From assembly GCA_965112155.1 (NCBI GenBank), contig OZ218113.1: a stretch of 64,000 nucleotides of DNA, one strand, 5' to 3'. The translations under genes were made by a program, and so were the position numbers. Shown one piece after another: positions 13,801-26,469 of this stretch. The notes under the pieces were generated by a model that did not search any database, had not been told where the DNA came from, and saw only the letters and a list, made by a program, of their open reading frames with translations. Numbering within the stretch: position 1 is the first letter of the stretch; the number at the start of each line of letters is the position of its first letter. The DNA is from Podarcis liolepis (Eukaryota).

Positions 13801-14463
13801 CTAATTTGGGTGAGGGACGCATGCAAACAAAGCTGCCTAGTTTCTTTCTAGATATCACATTATTTCACTTCTTTCCTCTCATATAATTCTTCCTGACTTT
13901 AAACATACTGCAGAATCTTTATTTCTTCGCCACATTTTGATCTATAAAATACCTCTTTAAAAAGTACTAAGGTTGAGGGGGGGTGTATCCTCCCTATTAT
14001 TGAAATAGAAAAATGCAAGGAGGCGGGGTGGAAATTTGGAGGAGGAGTGGGGGTCAGATTAGCATGGTGACAAATTAGCAGCTAGGCCAGGGCCTGTGCA
14101 TGGGAAGTTAATGACCTTTTGTCTCTACCATCTATAGGCGAGCTCATTTGCAAGTATGCAGTTGGAATAATTTAGGCCCAAGTTCCAACGTGTGGAGTAG
14201 CATTCCTTTGGCTCTTTCGCTCCCATGGCGAGGCTCATGAGAGCTCTAAAGAACTTGCAAAAAGTGAAATGGGCACATCATTGCAGAAGGAAGTCAACTG
14301 GAGTTACGGGGGGGGGGGGTGGGAGGTCATGGCGGCTTGACAGCTTTGATAGCCAAAATCTCGCAGAGGAATAGAACCAGTGGTAAATGTTAGTGGAGCT
14401 AATATTTAGGCCAAAGCCACATTTCTAGTAATCTGCAGTGGTCACCTCCACAGATGTCAAGTA

Positions 14464-14686
14464 CTGTACCTCGGGTTACATACGCTTCAGGTTACAGACT
14501 CTGCTAACCCAGAAATAGTGCTTCAGGTTAAGAACTTTGCTTCAGGATGAGAACAGAAATCGTGCTCAGGCAGTGCGGCAGCAGCAGGAGGCCCCATTAG
14601 CTAAAGTGGTGCTTCAGGTTAAGAACAGTTTCAGGTTAAGGACGGACGTCCAGAACGAATTAAGTACTTAACCCAAGGTACCACTG
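14464..14686. mobile_element. Tigger-like MITE, same family (reverse orientation)
   Basis: Same internal sequence; the left TIR is damaged. Confidence 0.85.
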
Positions 14687-15209
14687 TATACCTCTAAACC
14701 CCAGAGGGGCTACAGGATCTGGGGGCAGTTTTGGGAAGGAGCAAGGCAAGCAAGCTTAAAGTTCATCACGATAAGACGGAGGTGCTGTGATTTGGGGATA
14801 AATTGGAGGTGCCTCTTTTGCAGCAGTGTCCTGGTGCGGTGTTATGTACTAAGCTTGGATCCTAGAACAATAGGCAAGTAGGATCCTAGAATGCAACAAC
14901 GGATTGGCAGGTGTCCTTCCTCATGAAATCCTAATCAGTGAGCAATAAAGGATGGAAAACCACGTCTATCAGTGTCCAGGAGATCTCTGGAATGCTTTAC
15001 CTGGCGGCCGTGTGGCAAAGGTTAAGAACGTAAGGAGAACCTGCTGGATCAGGCCAAAAGGGGCACATTGAGTCCAGCTTCCTGATCTCACATTGGCCAA
15101 CCAGATGCCCATTATGTGAAATCCAGAAGCAGAATTCGAGCACAAGAGCATTCTCCCCTCCTGCGGCTTCCAGAGGCATTATTGCCTCCGACTGTGGAGG
15201 CAGAGAATA

Positions 15210-16170
15210 CCGTATTTTTCGCCCCATAAGACGCACCGGCCCATAAGACGCACCTAGATTTTTGGGGGGGAAATAAAGGAAAAAAAATTTATTTCCCCCC
15301 CAGGTGCGCTGTGCTACACCAGGAGCTTGGGGCGTGCGGAGCTCAGCGCGCCCCAAGCTTCTGCGTGCAGGCAAGGTCTCCGCTAGCGTGGGAGAGCCGG
15401 GCGCCTCTCCCAGGGCTAGCGGACTCCTGCGCTAATCCAGAAGCTTGGGGCAAGCTGAGGTCAGCGCGCCCCAAGCTTCTGCGTGCCGGCAAGCAGTCCG
15501 CTAGCCCTGGGAGAGCCGCGGGGCTCTCCCAGGGCTAGCGGATCGCTGCGCTATACCAGGAGCTTGGGGCGTGCTGAGCTCAGTGCGCCCCAAGCTTCTA
15601 GGTGCGCGCAAGCAGTCCGCTGCCGCCCCAAGCCTGGCGCACCCGGCAGGAGGTCCCACCGGGTGCGCGAGGCTTGGGGCGGCAGCGGACTGCTTGCGCG
15701 CACCTAGAAGCTAGCAGTCCGCTGCCGCCCCAAGCCTGGCGCACCCGGTGGGACCTCCTGCCGGGTGCGCCAGGCTTGGGGCGGCAGCGGACTGCTTGCG
15801 CGCACCTAGAAGCTAGAAGTCCGCTGCCGCCCCAAGCCTGGCGCACCCGGTGGGACCTCCTGCCGGGTGCGCCAGGCTTGGGGCGGCAGCGGACTGCTTG
15901 CGCGCACCTAGAAGCTAGAAGTCCGCTGCCGCCCCAAGCCTGGCGCACCCGGTGGGACCTCCTGCCGGGTGCGCCAGGCTTGGGGCGGCAGCGGACTGCT
16001 AGCTTCTAGGTGCGCGCAAGCAGTCCGCTGCCGCCCCAAGCCTCGCGCACCCGGTGGGACCTCCTGCCGAGGGCGCAAGGCTTGCAGGCATTCGCCCCAT
16101 AAGACGCACCCCCGATTTCCTCTTCATTTTTGGAGAGGAAAAAGTGCGTCTTATGGGGCGAAAAATACGG
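15210..16170. mobile_element. young Tc1/mariner (CCGTATTT-type) non-autonomous element with an internal GC-rich palindrome array
   Basis: Perfect 27-bp TIR ccgtatttttcgccccataagacgcac with TA TSD; inserted into a CR1 3' fragment. Confidence 0.9.
15590..16070. repeat. 102-bp tandem units, each a ~35-bp-arm inverted repeat
   Basis: cacctagaagctag recurs at ~15701, 15803 and 15905. The arm gcagtccgctgccgccccaagcctggcgcacccgg and its reverse complement occur in each unit. Confidence 0.9.
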
Positions 16171-16802
16171 TAGTCATTATGGCTAGTAGCCATTGATAGC
16201 CTACTCTGCCATGATCATAGAATAGGAGCCGCTTAACCTAGAATTGCCGTATGTCCGGAATTTCCCAGACATTGCTGGGATTTGGCTGTTGGAAACAGTG
16301 CCCGGGAGGAAATCGCTTCAATGTGCGGGAAAATTTGGATGTATGGCAACCCATACGTATGGAGAATTTCCTAAAAAATAGCTCACAAACGTCTCTCTTT
16401 TTTTGAGATCTTGCTCAACAGCTTTGGCAAAAAATAAAAAGAAAAAAGCTCAACAACTGTCTGGATCTTGACTTTTCACCCTTCTTAACTACCCATTTAG
16501 TAGACCTTGCCTTAGCTTGATGAAGGGTTAAGCCGCTCCAACAGCTGCCAAGGTTGGCAGATCCCACTCCAGCCAAAGGAACCAACAAAATGACCCGTTT
16601 CTGTATCCCTTATCCATCTAATCTACAATGTGATGCATCTGGAGGCCATCACACAATGGATCACCATCACTATTGTCACCCCCGCATATAACAGAGGCCA
16701 AATGCGGCTCCTAGGCCTCTCTATATGGCCCTAGCTCTAGGGTACACTCCCTTATCAGGTGATGCCCTTCTGCCCAGCCATATCCCCCATCACCCATGGT
16801 CT

Positions 16803-16804
<2 letters not shown>

Positions 16805-16846
<42 letters not shown>
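16805..16846. repeat. (GT)n microsatellite
   Basis: Direct reading. Confidence 0.95.
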
Positions 16847-16847
<1 letters not shown>

Positions 16848-19800
16848 TATGTGTCAAACCTTCTGGTTCTAGTGTGGTAAACATGGTTGGCTGTCGATAA
16901 GTGTCACATCCCTTGCCCTGCCCATGTCTCCCATGCGGCACTTGAGAGATTGTCCATGAGGGAGTGTGGCCTTTGACTGGAAAACTTTCCTTGCCCCTGC
17001 TCTGAAGTGCCATCAACATGCATGGCATTTTCATGCCCAGTGAGGACAGGTCCCTGCCCTAAGACATTTGCAATAAGAAAGGCAGTGGGGGGGGGGGGGA
17101 GGAAGGAGGGAGGCAAGAGAAGAAGGAACAAAAGAAATCTGTTACATTGAAAACTGTACAAGAAGCATGAAGCATTACAGCAGTATCAATAGGACAATAA
17201 ATAAAATCTGAAAAACTCCCCCCCCCCAAAAAAAAACAGTGAGCATCTCAACAGGCAGAGTTAGAAGTTTCTACAATTGTGATCTGAATTTCTTTCTGGA
17301 TTTTGGAATTCTGAATCCTGTTTCTGATTCTGTTTGCGATACTCAGCAAATCTTCCATGCCCCATTTTTCTTTTCTGAAATATTGTAGAGATCTGTGTAT
17401 ATGCAATGTTTGACTAATATGTGTCTTACACCCTCTTCTATGTTACCAGTGCTCATCTGTGCACACTCATGATAAATTAATTTTATGTTTAAAAAATTTA
17501 GAAACTGACATGGAAATTGTACATCTCTACTGGCAACCAATGACTCTGTTATGAGATCAGCATTATATGATCTGATCAGCTGGCTCAAGCCTGATCTCTG
17601 GCATCCTAATTTGAACTGACCAGAGCTGGCCTTTCTTCAAGGGCAGCACCACATGAAGAGCATTGCAGTAGTCTAACCTGGATGTGATTGACTGAGACTT
17701 CTCCAGGAAGGGGCACTGCTGGACTGGCACATAAGATCAAGCTGGGAGAATACATTCTTTGCCACCACTGCCACCTAACCATCCGGAAGCAGGGTTGGAT
17801 CCAGGAGCAGTAGAGAAAATGGATAGAGAAAAGTCCCCCTCTTCATAGAATTGTAGAAATTGTGAACACACCATGAAGCACAATGTTGGAAGATTCAGGA
17901 CAGATCATAGTTAAACCACAGGATTAGTTTCCATCAAGAGACAGTGATCAACATCAACTAGGACAGCTTTAAAAGAGGATGGCACAAATTTATAAAGGCT
18001 ATGGCTATCAATGGCCACCAGCCATTGTATGTTCTGTTTCCAGTACTGCATCATCTACACTGATGGTTTAATAGAAATGCTAAGTTATTATTATTGATGT
18101 ACAGTATTGATCACCTTCTAAACCACTGACTGAAGGCCATTTACTTATAAGATAATTAAAAACACAAAAACAACAAAAGCATTTAAAGCAAGACTAAGAC
18201 CCTCACAAGGCAGACACTCATGGTAAAGACCCCTTTAACCAACTGGGAAAGCCTGACAGAACAAAAATGTGATTGCGGGAAGTGCAGGTAGTGGATGCCT
18301 GTCGTATCTCCACAGGACTGCCATTCCACAGAAGAAGGGCAGCCACTCTAAAAGCCCTGCTCTGAGATACTATGGAACAGGCTTCTGAGATCACAAAAAC
18401 ACACTGTGGTTAAGATTCAGTCCCTCTGTATCTTCCAAAGGAAGTGCTTATATGATAAACATGCTAACTAGTGGACACGTGTATGTAATTTCTACTCCTT
18501 TGTTGTTATCACATTCTTATTACATTTTATCCTCTCTCTTTTCTCCAAGGAGCTCAAGGTGGCTCACATGTCTCTTCTCGTCCTTTTAATCCTCACAACC
18601 ACCCTGTGAGGTAGGTGAGGCTGAAAAATGTGGCTGGTCCAACGTCACCCAGTGAGCTTTGTAACTGAGTGGGGATTTGAACCCTGGGCTCCCACGTCCT
18701 AGTCTGACTCTAACCACTGCTCCACCACTGGCTCACTAGTCAGAAATCTGTGGCATGTTTCCTCAAAATTTCACTTCAAAAACTCAGCTTTCCATTTCTA
18801 AGGCCCCTTTGCTGATGCCATGGTTCCTTCACAGGAGTTAAGCAGGGGATTCATGCTAATCAGGGGATTCACGCCAAGATTGTTTCCACCTCAGCCATCA
18901 ACAACAACAACAGCAAAGGACCAGACAATGTAAAGTCCCCCCCCCCTTTTACAGTCTTTAATGGTCCTCCTCATCATATTAGGCTCTGGGAAGGCTCGCT
19001 TTGAGGTAGACACCCGGCCTCACACCAGACGAACTGCCAATCTGGCCAGGATTCTCAAAGGCATGATTGTTTGAGGACAAAAACAAAGGGGAGCGGGCAG
19101 GGGGCTTAGGGAAGTGGATGGTGGGGCGGAGTGGTTGGTGGTGAGCTATTGGGGGGGGGTGTTGGTGGAGGCCGACAAGCCACCTTAACATTCTGATGGG
19201 GAACGTGCAGGCCGGACTATAGAGTCTAGACGTCCATTCATGGAGCCGGTCTCAGTTGCTCTATTGTCTTAATTAACCATTTGAAGCTGTAATGGAATGA
19301 GACAAAAAATAAAAAAGCTTCAACACCCCCTTCCCCTGATTTCTCATGCCTGCTCATGTGGAAAAGCATGCACCCGAGTCAAGTACCTTGATTAATTAAA
19401 GAGAGAGAGAGAGAGAGAGAGCCCCCCCCACTCCTTTGGACCCCCTCCCCTAATATCTACACACCCCAGGAACCTTTGGTGAGTTTCCTGAGAAAACGAA
19501 CCAGATTGAACAGCGAATGTGGGATGGCAGATAGTGTATTAATTTTTTTTAATGGGCATTATCACAATGCAAATTCTGTTCTAATGCCTCTTTCTTTCAT
19601 TGAATTTCTGCCAGACTTTTAAGAAGAGCAAATGAGCAAGAGAGCTGTACTTTTGGAATTCTGCATAGTTTAGGTATATGTATATGTGATCTCCTTCAAA
19701 GTAAGGACTGTAGCAAAGTGGTGGAATTCTGCTTTGGATGCAAAATGTCCTGGGTTTGATTCCCAGCATCTCCCAATAGGGCTGGGAGAGATTTTTGCCT

Positions 19801-20207
19801 GAAACCCTGGAAAGTCACTGTCAGTCAGTGTTGGCAATTCTGAGCTAGATGGACCGGGGGTCTGACTCAATGTATGTAACTTCCTATGCTCCTAAGACAA
19901 GATTTCTGGATTAAAAAAGAATAATTCCTTCTGGCTGTGGCTGAGATCTTTGGCCACCTGATCCAAAACAGGACTGCTTTATCAAATTGCTGAGAATCAG
20001 ACTGTCATTCACACAGTGGCCTCTTCCCCTACAAGCTGCTTTTGAAAATTGGCAGAATTCAAAACCATTGCCTATCCTAACCTGCTACCTTCCAGATATT
20101 TTGGGTTACACCTCCCAACAGTCCCAACCACCATAGTTGTGTGATGGGAGTCATCATCCCAAATAGCCCTGCTGGCCAGTGGGAGTGGCTGTCTGAAACA
20201 TCTGGAG

Positions 20208-20457
20208 CAGGGGTCAGCACACTTTTTCAGCAGAGGGCCGGTCCCCTGTCCCTCAGACCTTGTGGGGGGCCGGACTATATTTTTTTAAAAATAATGAACG
20301 AATTTCTATGCCCCACAAATAACCCAGAGATGCATTTTAAATAAAGGGACACATTCTACTCATGTAAAAACACGCTGATTCCCGGACCATTTGCGGGCCG
20401 GATTTAGAAGGCGATTGGGCCGGATTTGGCCCCCAGGCCTTAGTTTGCCTACCCATG
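20208..20457. mobile_element. hAT MITE
   Basis: caggggtcagcac...tttgcctacccatg with 8-bp TSD ATCTGGAG. Confidence 0.88.
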
Positions 20458-20624
20458 ATCTGGAGGGTACTGTGTTGAGAAAGACCGATCCATGGGAACT
20501 TTCTCTATTTTTGATCATAGCTATTAAAGTGACGTCAACCATGGTTCATTCTAGATACAGCTAAGCACTTTGGCACCACCTGATAAACCTTTGCTTCGTC
20601 TGAGCTTGGGGACATCACCATAGC

Positions 20625-20948
20625 CATCTTCACATACCTGAAGGGCTGTCACATGGGAGATGGAGCAAGCTTGTTTTCTGCTGCTCCAGGGGCAGGACCT
20701 GAACCAATGGGTTCAAATGACAAGAAAGGAGGTTCCAACCAAGCATTAGGGACAATTTTCTGTCGGTAGGAGCTGTTTGACGGTGGAGTGGACTCTCTTG
20801 GAATGTGATAGACTCTTCTTTGTTTGAGGTTTTTTAACAGCGTTTGGATGGCCATCTGTCAGGGATTCTTTAGCTGTGATTTGTGCATTCTAGTGGGTTG
20901 GACTAGATGACCTCGGGGTTCCTTTCGACTCTACAGTTCTACAGTTCT
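20625..20948 (+). mobile_element. CR1 3' fragment
   Basis: Homologous to the 3' end of the 37610 copy, with a degenerate tail. Confidence 0.8.
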
Positions 20949-21109
20949 TTGATATCTTGTGACACTGAGTCCCACAAGTCAATGATGTGTTCAGTGAAGG
21001 AGGCACATCTTTTCACCTGTCCTGAATAGATCACCACTCAATTTCAATGGACAGCTCCAATTTCTGGTGATGTGAAGAAGGGAGAGAAAAAAGTTTTTTT
21101 ATTCACTCT

Positions 21110-21416
21110 GAACTTATTCACACTTAACTTCTGCCTTACACTTTCCAAGCACAGATTTGCGCTTTAAAGCTCTGTGTCTGAGAACTCTTTTTTTCACACC
21201 CTGGAGCTTTCTCTGCGAAAACCTGGTCCATAAGTTGAAATGGCAATTCGAGTTTTCCATGAATTACTGTTTGCTCCAATTCAGTGGTAAAGAGTGAGTT
21301 TTTGCAGGGAAAGCTCCAGGGTGTGTGTGTGTGTGTGCGCGCGCGCTCAGGCACAGAGCTTTAAAGTGTGGGTTGTGCCTGGAAAGCGCAAACAAAAGTT
21401 ACATGTGGATAAGTCC
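21110..21416. mobile_element. PIF/Harbinger-type fold-back MITE
   Basis: Imperfect ~300-bp palindrome (for example ctttaaagctctgtgtctgag / ctcaggcacagagctttaaag), with termini related to 33290. Confidence 0.7.
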
Positions 21417-23246
21417 TTAGAGTGTGCTACAGGTGAACGGAACAGCCTGTTTCCACTTTGTGTCATGTTCACATGCGCTCCCTCATCTCATCCTCTCTTT
21501 TTCTGGATTAAAAAAGAATTTATCAAACTGTTGCACTTAATTTGTACCCATTTTTCACACATTTCCCCCTGCAAACACATGTCTTTTCTAAGCTTCCCCC
21601 TCCTTCTTGTTCTTCCACCAGCAGGTGAAGACTGTTTTATTCCAACAGACCTTTGGGAACTGACGGGTGCTTTTTAGGAAACAGGTCTGAATAGAGCTGT
21701 GATGTTTCTGAATCTTGCAAATGCAGTTCTCCAGCCAAGAAAATGTGAGCAAAACTATGTGCATTAGGGGGAAATGTGCATAGATATGCATATATTTGTG
21801 AAAATAGCTTACGAACATTTATTATTATCATCATTATTATTATTATTATTATTATTATTACAATTTATTATCTGCCCTTCAGGGGTAACAGGCGGGCTAC
21901 AACAATGAAAACACAACATAAATATTAAAACACAATATTAATAACAGTTTAAAACAACTTAATGTTAGTGGGGGTTTCTTGCAAAAATGTGTATGATTGG
22001 CAAAACTGTGTACAGAAATGCATAGATCAGGAGAAATGTAAGCTACCATTTGCCAGAGGACCATAACAAAAATCGCAAACTGATGTAGAAAAGCGGTTTT
22101 TCAGAGGGAACTGCTTTGCGTGCAGAAGGTCTCATGTTCAATCCTTGGTATCTCCAGGTCAGAACAGCCACTGCTTGAAACCTTGGAGAGCCAGACTGGG
22201 TAATACAGATGTGACCCAATATAAGGCCACTCCCTGTATTCCTAGGACTGGAAAAAATGAGAAACTGCAATGGACACATGAGCCTGTCCTGGGACTGGGG
22301 AGGGGAGACCCCTCTTGGCCTCAGGCCCTGTTCTGGGCCAGAGGAACCACTGCCCTCCATGTTCAAAGAGAAAGCAGGTTCATAGGGTTTATGTGGGTCA
22401 TCAAGATGCCTCTTCCCAACTGTGGCTGACCCGATCCCATGCACTTGCAGGGATGGTGCCCGCCTCCATCAGCTGCGTCCGCCTCCCCAGGCGCTGGCTT
22501 CACGATGGCAGATGGTGCAATAGCAATAACCCAGACGTCTGAAAGACCTTTACATCAAAACAAAAAAACAAACAGAGCCCAACGCCAGCCCATGACAACC
22601 CCCCTTTCCTTGCCCACCGTGGGAAAAGATTAATGCAGTAAAGTTGAGAACAAAGACCCCTTTGCCCCCCAGTTATCTCCACTGGCTGGGCACCGCCAAT
22701 CTGGTGCCAACTGAAGCTGTCCCATTCTGACCGAGGGATGGGCAGATCTGTCCGTTTGGGTTTATCATTCTCCAACCTTAAACTCAGCTTGCCCATTTCC
22801 ACATCAGTTTGCAGTATGAGAAAAGGAAAGGGGGGAAACCCCCTCTCAAATATTTGTCAGCCTTTTAGTATGCATTTTCCCCATTTTTGTATGCTGTGTT
22901 GTCTAATATACATATTTTTGCAAGCAATTTGTCCTCACATAGTGATTTTTTTGTACATTGTATATTGTGCATTGTTATTGTTAATACAATACACACTCTT
23001 TATTTTTAACACATTTCTTGGTGGTGAAAGCTGCATTGCAAAATTCAGAAAAATACCAAAGTGGAAGGATGGGTGTAAGTCCATTCGCTGCTGTTCCAGG
23101 AAGCAGGAATTGGGCAGGTTTGTGTTAGCTGGGGAACTGGACTTAATTTCTTCCCTGTCACAGCCTACTTGAAAGAGAGCTCTCTGGTATTTCTTTGTTT
23201 ATTTGGTTCCTTTCTAGCCCACACTTCTTCCAATGAGGACTGTTTA

Positions 23247-23488
23247 CAGTGGTACCTCGGGTTAAGAACTTAATTCATTCTTGAGGTCTGTTCTTAACCT
23301 GAAACTGTTCTTAACCTGAAGCACCACTTTAGCTAATGGGGCCTCCTGCTGCTGCTGCGCCACCAGAGCACAATTTCTGTTCTCATCCTGAAGCAAAGTT
23401 CTTAACCCAAGGTACTATTTCTGGGTTAGTGGAGTCTGTAACCTGAAGCGTCTGTAACCTGAAGCGTATGTAACCCGAGGTACCACTG
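23247..23488. mobile_element. Tigger-like MITE, same family
   Basis: TIR CAGTGGTACCTCGGGTTA with TA TSD. Confidence 0.9.
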
Positions 23489-23692
23489 TATTTATGTATT
23501 GCTTCTATATCTCTCTCCCCCCCCCCCCCACTTTTCCTCCAAGGAGCTCAAGGTAGTTCTCACTATTCTTTCCCACAACAGCCCTACAAGGTAGGTTAGG
23601 CTGAGGGGCAGCGACTGACCCCAGGTCACCCAGCGAGCTTCATGGATTTGTAGGGATTTGAACCCTGGTCTCTCAGGTCCCAGTCTGACAAT

Positions 23693-23852
23693 CAGAGGCA
23701 GAGCAAGGGGGTGCAGTGGGGGTGGTCCGCCCCGGGTGCCATCCTGAGGAGGAGTGACATTGCTGGGATGCTAGCCCCGCCCCTGCAGACTGCTAGCCCT
23801 GCCCCTGGGTGCACACCCACTCCGAGTGCTGGAGCATGTAGCTCCGCCTCTG
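23693..23852. mobile_element. hAT (Tip100-like) MITE
   Basis: TIR cagaggc(a/g)gagc with TSD CTGACAAT; inserted in a SINE. Confidence 0.82.
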
Positions 23853-24256
23853 CTGACAATCTCACCAACTACACCACACTCGTTCTAGATTGTTAACAAT
23901 ATAACTCAGTCTTGCTGACAATGGCTGGCTGTAGTTCTCCAAGGTTTCAGTCTCTCTAAACCTTATGGGGCGATGCCAGGAACTGAACCAAGAGCTTTCT
24001 CCATGGAAGGCTGCTGCTTTATTAATTATTAAATTGATTTCTCGCAGTTCCCAGGACAGGTTTCAACAATTTAAAACCCAGAATGAAAAGCAGTTAAAAC
24101 CTTTACAGGAATAGGGTGGGCCCTGAAAATACACTTTTCAAGTGTCCAAGGCCAGTGTAAAGAAATGTGTCTTCAGAATTTGTTGGAAGCTGTACAGTGA
24201 AGGTGCCAGGTGCACTTCTGAGGGGAAGGAGTTCCACAACTCAGGGGCTGCCACAG

Positions 24257-24504
24257 AGTGTGGTGTAGTGGTTAAGAGCGGTAGTCACGTAATCTGGGGA
24301 ACCGGGTTCGTGTCTCCGCTCTTCCACATGCAGCTCCTGGGTGACCTTGGGCCAGTCACACTTCTGTGAAGTCTCTCAGCCCCACTCACCTCACAGAGTG
24401 TTTGTTGTGGGGGAGGAAGGGAAAGGAGAATGTGAGCCGCTTTGAGACTCCTGAAGGGGAGTGAAAGGCGGGATATCAAATCCAAACTCTTCTTCTTCTT
24501 CTTC
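24257..24504 (+). mobile_element. tRNA-derived SINE, Squam3-type with (CTT)n tail
   Basis: A/B-box head and (ttc)n tail; high identity to the 34175 copy. It interrupts an L2 fragment. Confidence 0.85.
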
Positions 24505-25131
24505 TCTCCCCAGCTACTACCATACTTCTGAGTATGGTAGTAGCTGGGGAGATTTCACCCCCCACCCGCCAATGTTCAGCTCCACTCCCTGGCTCCTTGT
24601 GACGTCACGCAATGTCAAGATGTCACATCGGAGCCCCTCAATCAACTTGGAAAGATGGCGCCTCTGCTTCTGCGGGAGGTGAAATTAGCAGGAGGCACCC
24701 CTCTGCCAATCTTAACACGCAGGATGGGCTACAGGGAAGGAGGTGGCCTTTCGAATATTTGAGGTCTGAGTCGTTTAGGGCTTCAGACACTCACATGAGC
24801 ACCTTGAAGAATGGAGCCTGGAAACAAACTGGCAGTCAGTGTGGCTGTTTTAGTACAAGGGTTCTATGATTTCTAAAGGGAAACCCAGCCAATACTCTAC
24901 CCACTGCATCTGGGGCCAGTTGAAGTTCCCAAGTAATCTTCAAGGGCAGCTCCATGTGGAGCTAAGGCCCTTCTGTGGGCCATGCAGGCCTTTCCCCTTG
25001 GGCTCATCCACACCATCGCAGTTGCTCTTTCTGGTCCAGTTCTTGCCTCTGGAAAGCCTACAAGCAATTCAATATAAGAATCGCTTCTTGGCCTTTTGGC
25101 TAAGACCAAGTCTGAGAATAATAGCCTAGAC

Positions 25132-25453
25132 CAGGGGTCTGCAAACCGCGGCTCCGGAGCCGCATGTGGCTCTTTTACACCTTTACCGCGGCTCCGGGGC
25201 GGATACTAGCGAGGGGAGGAGGCGCATTGTGCGCCCCGACACTCCCCACTGTGGCAGGCGCTGTACTGGCTGTGACGTTGCATGGGAGCGGTGCGTGCGT
25301 TAGTCCCGACGTCACCTTCCCGCCGGCTGTCAGATCGCGGCTCTGGAGATATATTTGTTTTAAATGTCGCAATGGTTTTGCGGCTCCCAGGTTTTTTCCC
25401 CTTCGGAAACGGGTCCAAGTGGCTCTTTTCGTCTTAAAGGTTGCAGACCCCTG
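25132..25453. mobile_element. hAT MITE (young, CpG-rich)
   Basis: TIR caggggtctgcaa with 8-bp TSD GCCTAGAC. Confidence 0.9.
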
Positions 25454-26249
25454 GCCTAGACCTATCTCACACCATACATCAAAGGCATTATGATACCACC
25501 TCATGCTTTAATCGTATGGTGCAAATGTGGCCACACTGTTGTTCCTAGTGTTTGGCATTTAGAGGTATGGTGCCTCTGTTTTCATTGGCAGGGAGTGGCG
25601 TAGCGTGGGTTGCCAGTGCCCAGGGTGGGTCGGAAGCTCATGTCAGGGAGTGTGTGCGAAGCCCACAAGGCACATGGCTGCCAGCGCTACTGCTGCTGGT
25701 GGCAGTGACCACACGCCTTCTTGGCTTGGCCGCTCCACCACCTCCCAGCTCAGCCAGCCCAAGGGCATTGTGTGGGCATTGCACCTTGTTGTGCCCCTCT
25801 CACATTTTGTACCTGAGGCGACCTCCCCTCTCCCCCCCCCCATGCTATGTCACTGGCGGCAGGATGCAGCAGTCATGACTGGTAACTACTGACAGCCTTA
25901 TTCCCCATGAATTTGTCCAACCTCCTTTTAAAATCACCTATATTGGTGGCCATTATTTAACTGCAGGTGATTTAGCTATTTCCTTTTTGTCTGTCCTGAA
26001 TCTCCCAACCAGATTTAATAAAATAATTAGAAGGAGTTGAATGTGTGGATGGTTGGTACATCTATTATTGCATTTAGCTTACAGTTACTTGTTTATATTT
26101 ATTGGTTGTAGAGTTCCCTCAGGGAACAGGTAAAATTAGAACATCTGTATATGGCTGGAGAGGCAGCAAATTGCACCTGCTGAGTTGCTAGCTTCCTTCT
26201 TCAAAATGCACCCGTTGAATTGCTCGCTTTCTTCTTCAGTCGTTTGGAT

Positions 26250-26469
26250 CAGGGGTCAGCAAACTTTTTCACTCAGACCTTGGGGGGGTGGACTATATGG
26301 GGGGGGTGAACGAATTCCTATGCCCCACAAATAACCCAGAGATGCATTTTAAATAAAAGCACACATTCTACTCATGTGAAAACACGCTGATTCCCGGACT
26401 GTCCGCAGGCTGGATTTAGAAAGCGATTGGGCCAGATCTGACCCCTGGGCCTTAGTTTGCCTACTCATG
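26250..26469. mobile_element. hAT MITE, same family as 20208
   Basis: 8-bp TSD GTTTGGAT. Confidence 0.88.

Noticed and set aside
15311-16196. Repetitive ORFs and a superficially CRISPR-like array
   Set aside because: The units are identical with no unique spacers and lie inside a TIR element in a vertebrate genome.
20530-24607. Isolated TGACGTCA motifs at 20530 and 24600
   Set aside because: Both sit among repeats without promoter context.
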